A DNA stretch of 64,000 nucleotides from Phoronis australis (lineage: Eukaryota; Animalia; Phoronida). Under the pieces are notes generated by a model. The model saw only the letters and a list, made by a program, of their open reading frames with translations. It searched no databases and was not told where the DNA came from. Positions 1 through 9,500 of this stretch are shown here, in pieces; within the stretch, counting starts at the first letter, position 1, and each line of letters starts with the position of its first letter. The position numbers and the translations under genes were made by a program. The DNA is taken from NCBI GenBank assembly GCA_002633005.1, contig NMRA01000490.1:106170-170169 (forward strand). Direction: 5' to 3'.

Positions 1-235
1 AAAATGTTAAGAACCCAGCGTATCGCATTTGTCTGCGGATTTTTCCTTTGGCCTTCTAGATCCTACTAGTGCCTGGGACAAACAGATACATTGCATAAAC
101 AAACCCTGGATCATGTTTTGTGTCCCGTCGGAAGAAAATTTAAATTCGAAAACATCTTCTGAAAACGCACAAAAAAGTGTATTAGTAAAATCTACTGATT
201 TTTAAGTGGTTTTAAAAAACAATCGGTAAACTCAC

Positions 236-250
236 CGATTTTTGTCTCAT
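236..250 (-). other. Candidate first exon (ATG-RQKS then GTGAGT donor) of a minus-strand gene leaving the window
   Basis: Reverse complement reads ATG AGA CAA AAA TCG|GTGAGT, a consensus donor, next to a CpG-rich promoter-like stretch. Too short to identify. Confidence 0.3.
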
Positions 251-299
251 TACTTTGATACGTGTTTCTCTCGAGAGGTTAGTACCTAACGTGAAGACG

Positions 300-395
300 A
301 GCACTCCAAATTGGAACGCTAAGTCCCGCGTGGTTGCGCTGCACGCGAAACAAGATGGCGGACGAACTTTGGAGCCTGACGACAATAGGTAACCG
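300..395 (+). promoter_or_regulatory. CpG-rich, probably bidirectional promoter with a YY1-type motif and a plus-strand splice donor
   Basis: CAAGATGGCGG at 351-361 (YY1 consensus, containing an ATG at 355). AG|GTAACC donor at 388/389. A divergent donor lies at 235. Confidence 0.4.
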
Positions 396-755
396 GACTA
401 TAGTATGATTGCACCATGATTGCACAGTGGAGCAGTCGACGGAAACGGAGTCGTAGTGCGCAGCGCCACTGCCGGTCGCCTGGGATATCGCGGGAGAGCT
501 TATATACTTAGCCATAGTTCCGTTACGAATGCGCCGTGTTTCGAATTTGACTCACTTGAAATTGGATCTGAGCCCTTGAATTCGACACCCACACACAAGT
601 GGTGAAGCCAGAGTGGCGCTGCACACAGCTGCCACACATCTAAGGTAAATCAGACAACTTCGGAGAACTCTGATCACAGCCACGCACAATAAGAATAACG
701 ACTACGTCATAATAACGCGTGCACGAGCAATTAATTTTTGTGATATCGTTCAGAT

Positions 756-1990
756 GATGATGACCTCCTCCAAACTATGGAAGCAGGCACTCAAACCGAT
801 GCTGTGGTGCTGGACTTCTCCAAAGTCTTTGATAAGGTATCCCATCCTAGACTCTTGGAGAAGATCAGATACTGCGGTATAAGGGGTCTCACCCACAATT
901 GGATCCAGTCATTTCTAGCCCATAGAACAGAGAGTCATTGTCGATGGTGAGTTCTCAAATTCATCCCCAGTCCAACGAGGAGTGCCCCAGGGCTCTGTCC
1001 TTGGCCCTGCACTCTTCATACTCTACATAAACGACCTTCCTGACACCATTCTTTCTAATGTCCATCTTTTTGTTGATGTTGCATTGGTTCCCCCCACGAT
1101 TGCCAAATTCTTCAACAAGACTTAGACTCCCTAGCCTCCTGGGAAAACTCCTGTAAAATGAACTTTAATATCTCCGAATGCAATATTCTTCGTATCCACA
1201 GAAAACGTTCCCCCAATTACAGCCTACACAACGCTTCACTCAAATGCATTAATAAAGCCCCAAACCTCGGGAAACACTCATCATATAGACACAGTCACCT
1301 CAAAGGCAAACAAAACTCTTGGCTTCATTAAACAAAATCTCAAATATGCTCCTCAAAAAAGAAAAGCCCTTGCCTACCTTCACTTGTTAGACCCGGCAAA
1401 ACTAGAATAGTCCTCCTCCGTCTGGGACACATCCACTCGTACAAACATTGAAAAAATAGAAAAAGCGTAGAGCAGCCAGGTTTGTTCTAAATGACCACTC
1501 AAGGTACTCCTCCATTTCGTCCATGCTCAAAACACACTGGCAATTGGCCCACCCTCCAGGAAGGACGAGCTCAGAAGAAACTATCGCATCTGTACAAGAC
1601 CATACAATACATAACCTGGTTGCTATTCCTCACTCATACCTTCCACTCCTACAGACCTCGAGATCACAAAACTCCCACTCTCATACATTTGAGAGATTAT
1701 ACATCCGCACCGCATACTATGCAAACTCTTTCTATCCAACAACCATTCTACTCTGGAATAGACTACCACAATTCGCCATCTCATCAGAAACAATAGAAAT
1801 ATTCACAAGTCAATCTTGAACATCAATCTTACACAGTAATCAATAAGACCTGTTTTATCTTGGCACTAACCAGCACTTCGTTTTATCGTTATTTTTCACA
1901 GTTATGTGCACCTCAGTTTTATACTAACAATGTGCACAAGTAAGAATCGATATCACGATCGTTTGTTGTATTTGGGAAGAAGATGATTGC
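756..1990 (+). mobile_element. 5'-truncated, degenerate CR1/L2-clade non-LTR retrotransposon (RT domain and 3' end)
   Basis: Hand translation gives DAVVLDFSKVFDKVSHPRLLEKIRYCGIRG (~799-890) and GVPQGSVLGPALFILYINDLP (~979-1041). The FADD motif is degraded to FVD. C-terminal YYANSFYPTTILLWNRLP. Many frameshifts and stops. Confidence 0.93.
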
Positions 1991-2039
1991 TTCTCTGAAG
2001 CAAAATTTACTAAAAATTTAGTATGATGGTAATTAAATA

Positions 2040-2366
2040 AGTAGTATAGTAAGTAGTTTAGGAGGCACGTTTGGGAGGCTCCTCGGTCAAGGGTCATAAA
2101 TCTGAAAGGAAAGGTCAAAGGTCACGTGTGATGGATGCCACTGGAAGGGACATCATCCGCCTACCAGACGGAAGTGTCAATGACGTCACACCTCACTACA
2201 TAATAGGTTAAATTGGACCCGTTAGAGAGGCACTTTGTCCGATCCAAGGTCAATGTCATGCGTGTAACTGGGAAATGTTATTAAACCAGAACGAAGATGA
2301 GGTCGAATTGAAAATCACGTGACTGCTGACGTGATCAGGTAGGTGAGGCGTGGTACCGTCCACCAC
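2040..2366 (+). repeat. Left terminal inverted repeat of the Polinton derivative
   Basis: Aligns with indels to the reverse complement of 4528-4812. Shared blocks include CGTTTGGGAGGCTCCTC, AAAGGAAAGGTCAAAGGTCACGTGTG, TGTCAATGACGTCACACCTCA and AATCACGTGACTGCTGACG. Confidence 0.9.
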
Positions 2367-2567
2367 ACAAAACTCCTGTTTTGTAATACTTTAACACTGA
2401 CCGAGCATGTGCTGTTATTTGCGATGACGTTATACTAACCGGTTTAGACCGCTTTCTCGTTCGTATACTTAAAAGTTTGCGTTTTCTATTGCAGTGCATC
2501 AAAGCGTTTGTAGAAGTGGATGAGATCACCCGAAAAGAACAAGTTATCTGAGGTTAGTGACTACACA

Positions 2568-2853
2568 ATGGCATGCAACATAACTCGCTTGCTATTCAAC
2601 CGCCAATGGGACGGTAGAAATTACAGAATAAACAACGAGGCAGGAAAAAATGTAGAGATAAAGTAAACCGCTTACTGCTTCAGTTAGAGCGGTATGAAAG
2701 AAAGGACCTTTCCACACAAATGTATATAAGGGTTAAGACATACATCGACGTGTGCGAAAATTATTGCAACCACCACGAGTTGGACGCTTTCTTCTTTCTG
2801 ACACTAGAAGAGGACGTGACGAAAGTGATTAAAACAATAGAAGATGAGCAGTG
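2568..2853 (+). pseudogene. Small frameshifted accessory ORF of the Polinton
   Basis: ATG at 2568 gives MACNITRLLFNRQWDGRNYRINNEAG. After one frameshift in an A-run it continues KCRDKVNRLLLQLERYERKDLSTQMYIRVKTYIDVCENYCNHHELDAFFFLTLEEDVTKVIKTIEDEQ*. No homolog recognised. Confidence 0.4.
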
Positions 2854-3399
2854 ACGACACTATTGGACTTTACGCAACTGTCCAGAGGCTATGAACATCA
2901 TGTACAAACATGTGACCGATTCACAATTGAGTTGGTTGGCGATCCGTTGTCTTAATATTACGTGCAGATGCCTCTTGCTATACACTCAGGTCAACGTTTT
3001 GCCCAGAAGGCTATGGAGATGCGTTACACAATTTTTACAATAATGTGACTATTATGTAACTAATCGTCATCTGACTGGTTTTTTTGAACGAGAAATGAGC
3101 GCGGACCATGTTTACAACGACCTCATAGACAGTGACTACGAGAGATTGGACATCCTTTTACAAAAAAAGTCGGAGGTAGTGGAAACTAACCTCCGAGAGA
3201 GAACACAAGATCATGAGCGTTTCTGCGGTCAGTAGTGTTGCAGGTTTGAAAATCCGCAGTTTTGTATGATTCAACATCTTGTGGTCATTAGTGACCAGGT
3301 ATACCACCTACTTAGAGAGAAGTTTGGGTGGGTCTTTGAAGAAATTCAAGAAATGGTTCGTGGGGTTGTAGCAGACAACGCCGAGGAGGATGACGTTAA

Positions 3400-4113
3400 C
3401 AAAGACGGGAAAACCAAAGATTAAACCTCCTTGTCACTTCCTGCAAGACCTGGCCGCCGAGTTTGATCGTTACCTCAAACAGATGCCGACGGTTGGTTTC
3501 AACTTGGGAAATTACGACCTGAATACGATGAAGAAGCGGTTTTTCCAATACTTTGATCAATGCAAGATTTGAGGTTCATGATCAAGCGCAACAATAACTT
3601 TGTGAGCTTAACAACAGATCAATTTAAATTTCTCGACATTGTCGATTACTTGGCCCCTGGTTATAGCTATGCAAAATTTTTGAAGGCGTACGAGACGACT
3701 GAGGAGAAAGGTTTCTTTCCCTACGAGTACGTGGATAAGTTGGGTAAACTAGAGGAAACGACTCTACCAGCGGCTTTTTACAGCACTTTGAAAGGGGAGG
3801 CGATAAGCGACAACGATTATGCCCTCTGTCCGAAGGCATGGAAAGCCTGATAAGAATGAAGGTGGATAAATGCGGTGTTCCTACAGTTTCTTGTGGTAGT
3901 GGATGTGTTCACGACATGAATGAAATCGACAAGGCGAGGTACCTCAAAGTGTTGCAGACCACGAAGAGTAGCTCGGCCCTCAACGAAGGATTTTGGTTAG
4001 GCAGCGATAACACAATGTATACCTATCTGCAAGAGAGGTGCGCATTCACGTACGTTCATCCCAAAAGACCAGAGTTCGACGACGGCTTAACCACTGGACC
4101 ATTGAACATTTAA
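3400..4113 (+). pseudogene. Protein-primed DNA polymerase B (pPolB) relic of Polinton type
   Basis: Exonuclease II-like VGFNLGNYDL, then FKFLDIVDYLAPGYSYAKFLKAY and the KGFFPYEY motif. The typical pPolB C-terminus follows (YLKVLQT...NEGF...MYTYLQER..FTYVHPKR....DGLTTGPLNI). Frameshifted, and the polymerase core is missing. Confidence 0.88.
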
Positions 4114-4527
4114 TTTGATACTTTTAATTATTTAATGATGTCTGAACGTCTTGATGATTTTTGTAGTGTATTCGAATTTGCTTTGTCATTAATACACGTT
4201 TAAACAATATTAATTTTATGTTCCACTTTAGGTGGTCACGTCTTATTATTAGTATTATTAGTTTAGTACCATTGGTACCTGGGTTAGACTATGCGACATC
4301 TGTTGTCGAGTTGGGTGGTTATCCCCTTATCATTCATAGCTTAATATACGCAACCTTTGTTGTTGAGAAATGAGAACAACATACAATGACGACATGGGAG
4401 TCACGCGAAATAATTGTAATCAACCTTTTGTTCTTATTCAGCAGCATAATCCCTATTTTGTTTCGACTCTCGATCAGTTGAACTATGCAAACACAATGTG
4501 TTTAATGTTATCTTTTATAACATCCGG

Positions 4528-4812
4528 GTGATGAACAGTACCACACCCTCGCGTCAGCAGTCACGTGATTTCCAATTTGACTTCATTTTCGTTCTGTCGG
4601 TTTCCCGACGTCTTACACGCATGACCTTGACCTTCGATCGAGGTGCCTCTCTAACCTATTACGTAATGAGGTGTGACGTCATTGACAGTTCCGCCTGGTA
4701 GGATGATGTCCCTTCCGGTTGCATCCACCACACGTGACCTTTGACCTTTCCTTTTGGATTTATGACTGAGGAGCCTCCCAAACGGGCTTCCTAAACCTCT
4801 TACTATTCTAAT
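4528..4812 (-). repeat. Right terminal inverted repeat of the Polinton derivative
   Basis: Reverse complement of 2040-2366, with substitutions and small deletions. Confidence 0.9.
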
Positions 4813-4914
4813 AAAATACTAACGACTTAAAACCAATTCCGATGATTTGGTGTGAAGAAGTCTGTGCAACCTTTCCTTTTGCGTTACGTACCCAAGTTTT
4901 AGGATGAGTATCCT

Positions 4915-4935
4915 GATTTCACTGATTGGCTAGTC
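4915..4935 (-). promoter_or_regulatory. CCAAT box (CTGATTGGCT) upstream of the archaemetzincin gene
   Basis: NF-Y consensus match ~540 bp upstream of the ATG. Motif match only. Confidence 0.3.
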
Positions 4936-5466
4936 GGGATACAGCAGTGTCTTTATCAGTTTGACAGTGAGAGCAATAGGAGAAAATTGGCAAACCTATG
5001 TTTACATAGTCTAGCCCTCACATTGTTTGCATTCATCTGATAAGTTCACGTAATTCAGCAATTATGTAGTAAAGCGAGCATGCGTGACGCTAACTATTTT
5101 CAAACTGCGTTCAACAAATGTTGTGAAGGTGTGTTTTGTATTGAATGTCATCACCAGAAAACTTGAAATTCAGAAAAATGGTTGACATTCACAGAAATTA
5201 GACTTAAATTTCACCTTCTGATTCCTTTCTGTGTAAGCTCTGACCGGTCGCTTACTACTACATCATTGTGTAACAACACAATACGCTTGTTCATCTAATT
5301 TAATTCAACGTGATAGTAGATCGGATTGTGATGTTGGAAATTTCTTGGTTTTAACAGTCCAGAGAAGTCGGTTGATAGAAGAATTGTCAAAAAAGAATTT
5401 GGCCAACAGGTGACGCTCTAGTCAGATTTGTTTCATTTTTGCTTTATTCTTGTAGATTGATTCACT

Positions 5467-6187
5467 ATGCCAAAGGTAAAGAAAAAGAGTAAAGGTAAGT
5501 CCCAGCATGTGCCTTATGCAAAAGATTTCAAAGTACCCACAGCGGAGCAACAACGGCTCGCAATCTCGTCCAAAGGCAACCTCAATAAAGAACTAGAACC
5601 TGGGGAGCAGTTCTTTGAAAACATTCCGCAGCCTTCCTCAGTTGATGATTGGTTAGCCCAGTATAACGAGGAAGGGCAGACCTACGACCAGTTCCTGGAT
5701 GAATGTCCATGGTTGAGTAGACGACGACAAAAAGGCGTGAACAAACAAGATGATATTTGGAGACAAACAAACATCAAGGAGGAGTACAGAGGCTTTGTAT
5801 ATCTTTTGCCTCTGGGAGATTGTGACGAGAAGGATTTCGGTGAGAAAGAGTTGTGTGAATTCTTTGATAATCTTCAAGAGTATGGCCAGGAATTTCTGGG
5901 CTTACCTGTTAAAGTGTTGTCACTAATCAAACTGGAAGTGGATGGAAGTCGGGTATTCTGGGTTGAGAACGAGAACAACGAAACAACGCAACGAAGGAGT
6001 GGCCGCAAGAAAAAGTACCTATTGGAATCTCGATTCCATGGAAAAGATCAGTTTCAGTTAAAGGTGGACTGTTTGCTGAATCGACTGAAGAGGGCATTGC
6101 CTTCAGACGGCTTTTGTATGATTGCCCTGACCATGACTGAGCTGTATGAAGCACAGAGTGATCTCTTTGTAGCTGGAATGGCTGCTG
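5467..6187 (+). CDS. AMZ2: Archaemetzincin-2-like zinc metalloprotease (peptidase M54), coding exon 1
   Basis: Family motifs DWLAQYNEEGQTYDQF, VYLLPLG and LPSDGFCMIALTMTELY..DLFVAGMA. Acceptor TTCTTGTAG at 5456 lies just before the ATG. Phase-1 donor G|GTAAGT at 6187/6188. Orthology to AMZ2 versus a paralog is not resolved. Confidence 0.93.
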
Positions 6188-6323
6188 GTAAGTATCAAGT
6201 GCATATGTGCAGGATCATTTGAGACACCTGTAAAAGTAATGTACTGCCATACTACTGGTGATCTCTCAATGAACTGAATGTTTTCTCAACTCATCAATGT
6301 AACTGACGTACTTTACGTTCCAG

Positions 6324-6736
6324 GAAATGACAGAGTTGCCGTGTTCAGCCTTCTGCGTTACAACCCTTGGCTGACATTTTCAAAGGAGAACTGGTTTGAC
6401 ATTAAGAGAACAACCTCAGTTGCACCAACCAGCCACCAGATGTCGTTGCTGTTGCTGAGAAGCTGCAAACTGTTGGTGCATGAAGTATGCCACCTACTGG
6501 GAATCGATCATTGTATTTTCTTTGCCTGCTGTATGAATGGAAGCGGACATCTAGAAGAAGATTATTTGCAGCCGATGTTTTTGTGTCCAGTTGACTTGAG
6601 AAAACTTCAGACTTTAGTGGGATTCTCCATTGTTGAGCGATATAATCGGATGCTTCGCTATTTCCTCAAACATAACTTCAAGCAGGAGGCCAACTGGATT
6701 GAAAGAAGGCTTGCTTTTATACAGGAAGATAGTTGA
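6324..6736 (+). CDS. AMZ2: Archaemetzincin-2-like zinc metalloprotease, coding exon 2
   Basis: Acceptor TTCCAG|GA restores the frame (G-N-D-R-V-A-V-F-S). Contains HEVCHLLGIDH (HExxHxxGxxH), CIFFACCMNGS (Cys/Met-turn) and LCPVDLRKL. Spliced CDS is 1134 nt, or 377 aa. Confidence 0.95.
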
Positions 6737-8244
6737 TGGTGTATTTATTAATCAATTTATGACATGGGATGAGATATCCCGGATATTGCTCCGCCCTTCT
6801 AGTCCATTAACCCCTCCTCAGTGTATGTTTTGTCAGTACATGTTTGGATGATGCTTTACACCATATTACTTGCTGGCGACAACTCTTACTACATTCCCTC
6901 CCTTTTACAAGCGGCATCTATTAATGTGTCTTACTCATTCGCATTATGCTAGGCATATACTACACAGGCAATGGACTGTTGTGTGTGGCTTCTTTTGTTT
7001 CGGAGTTCAGAAACTGGGATGGGTGTCACTCATAACCTCTACCTGTTAATTGGTGGCAACATTCTTTGCAGACCATGTTAGACAATGCGGACTATAAAAC
7101 TAAGCCCATCATTGATAATTGAACTTTTTCATTGTTAGAACATCAAAAATATGTAAATTACAACAAAAGAAAAGTGAAATAATGTTCATTGCATCTACTG
7201 TTCCTTTGATGCTGATTTATTGGCGACCTCTATTGTGTAAACTGCCTGAGCAAACACAGTGGGGAGACTTGACTCATGTACACCACCACTTATCAAAGTG
7301 ATCATGATACTCCCAGAAAGCAGTGATACTTGAATGGGGGAGCTTCTCATGATAACAATTAACACATTAAGTAGGCCTACACAAGTTGCACAACTGGCCC
7401 CTGGATATCATTTCAACAACAACTGTACAGAGGGATGAGACCTACATGATGAAGCGAAAGGTGTTGTTTTGGATATTGACCAAATGCGTCATCCATACTG
7501 GTTTCTTGGATTAGTTAATGTTTAGTAAGTTGGATAGCTGGCGTGTGGTTTGCAGGAAATTACTGTAATGGATCTTTGACTGTACATGGCATGGCAGGAC
7601 CTATTGATATGGTGATCTCTATTTCAATCTCCCAGTTTTGCTCAAGACTTACCACATTCCAAGTCGAGGTATTTTGTTGGTTTTTTGAGTGACCTGAATG
7701 CTACTGACCTTTAATAAAAGAGATTTACGATTCTGATTGGATTTCATTTGCCACTGAACTTTGTGGCCTTTCGAAGAGAGAGTGCAAAAAATTATTTCAT
7801 TACCTAAATTTATGGAAAGTTCAAAATGAGCAATAACTACGATAATTGTTTCAAAACATCAAAAGTGGCAATTTGGGAGTTCAGCATCTAAAATGTCAAA
7901 TCCTGTATGGCAATTCAAGATGAAGTCGCCACCGGCCATTTGAGGCTTGCCAAATGAGATGCAGTGTGGAATCTTTCACTTAAGGCCCAACTTGAACTTG
8001 GTAAGCCTGTGCGGCCGGTTTAATATCTTAATTTCCTCTGGTCTTTCAAGTCACCTGACCAAGGACTTAATGTGCTTCAACACTAGTGATTTTAATTTTA
8101 CTCAATTGTTCTGAATAAGAAGTCTGTGTTATATGTTATTTTAAAGTAATTTTACCATCTCCAGTCTCAACCGATTATATTTATGCTATCTATAGTGTGA
8201 ACAACGTTATGCACGGTGTGCACGTACGATCCGATATCCACCTG

Positions 8245-9190
8245 TCGGTGTATTTTGACAAATATGTACAAAACGTTAGACTTTGGCTCAGTAAACGTAT
8301 ATGTTTTCGGAAAGTAGAAAGTCTGTAAAATTTGATTTTTGACTTTATACCAATTTGCTATTATTTGGATCACACGACTATGACCTTTTTAGGGGAATTG
8401 AGCAAAATAAGAATCATTATGATATCAATAACACGACCAAATTTCGTCCGATATAAATGTTTGAGATGAAACCTCAAAAACACTGTTAGTAACAGTTTTG
8501 TAAATTGTCAATTGTTTTTTTTTCGTTTTATGCAGTGTTTTATTTTTTTTTCAGGAAAATCGTAAAAATGGTTTTTGATAGCCCTAATGTAAAAGTTTAA
8601 ACTTATACAAACAAGTCTTAACAGCGTTTCAGTGGAGAAAAGAGCATAAAACATGGTTTCTGAAAGTTTCGTTTCCGATCCGTCATTTATGAGATATGAT
8701 TTTCCGAAGTTTGCCGAATTTGGCCATTTTTAGAGGGCTCCTACATAACTTTGGTAAAATGCTGTTTAAGATTTATAGCAGTTATTGGAAAAATGTGCAT
8801 AGCCTTTGTCCTTATCTTTACTGTATTAAAAGGATACTAAACTCTGTTTTGATGATTTCAACCAATCCTCGTTATGTCACCTGCTAATGCATCATTGGCG
8901 TCAATGTTGGCACAAGCAGGAATATACTCCCTATGTCATAGATTGGATATTATAGTTCTTGCTGGGTGGTCTTTTCTCACAGTTGCCGTGTAATTAGCTA
9001 AAAGCGAGAGAAAAGCGGGGGTCACGATTGCGCGTTTTGTAGATTTTGAAAGGAGTTTTCAGTGTTTCCTGTAAACTTTTGAGGATTTTATAGACGATTG
9101 GATGGGAAAGTCGATTTTTAGTGTCTATTATTAGGCCAAAATCGGGTTTGTATCCTTTTAACCTTAGAATTTTTTAAAAAGTGTAGACTG
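8245..9190. mobile_element. Non-autonomous DNA-transposon-like repeat family, copy 1
   Basis: GAAAGTAGAAAGTCTGTAAAATTTGATTTTTGACTT and the blocks after it recur at ~39630-40110, and in reverse at ~51350-51840 and ~46100-46270. Boundaries are approximate. Confidence 0.7.
8830..9157. mobile_element. Kolobok-type MITE (TTAA TSD) nested in the preceding repeat
   Basis: TTAA|AAGGATACTAAAC ... GTTTGTATCCTT|TTAA. Confidence 0.65.
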
Positions 9191-9500
9191 TCAGACCACA
9201 TACAAAGGAAGTGCGCTGAGCCTGTAATTTGGAAATACAGTCGAGAGTAGAGTAATCTTGGAAGTGCATGTGAACACTTAGATGAAGGCGATCGCTTCCC
9301 ATGTTACAGGAGATGAAGCAGTGCTAAGTAGGTTACCACTGAAATTTTATAATAAAACGTCAAACACAAACTTGCTGATGCTACAGATAACATCGCATCG
9401 CAAGCACGTTCAGTTATCTGCTTTATGTGGGGAACGCTCTCGCAAGACGTGTTGGAAAACAAAACTTTAAGTGCTCTAGATCACTCAAAGTCAAGGGAAG

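Larger units (their letters stand above)
2040..4812 (+). mobile_element. Non-autonomous, internally deleted Polinton/Maverick element
   Basis: Diverged TIRs at 2040-~2366 and ~4528-4812. The left TIR starts AGTAGTATAGTAAG. 6-bp flanks TAAATA/AAAATA match at 5 of 6. Protein-primed PolB fragments lie inside. Confidence 0.88.

Noticed and set aside
6278-6323. ORF-track N-terminus MFSQLINVTDVLYVP
   Set aside because: Intron sequence. The real exon starts at the acceptor at 6324.
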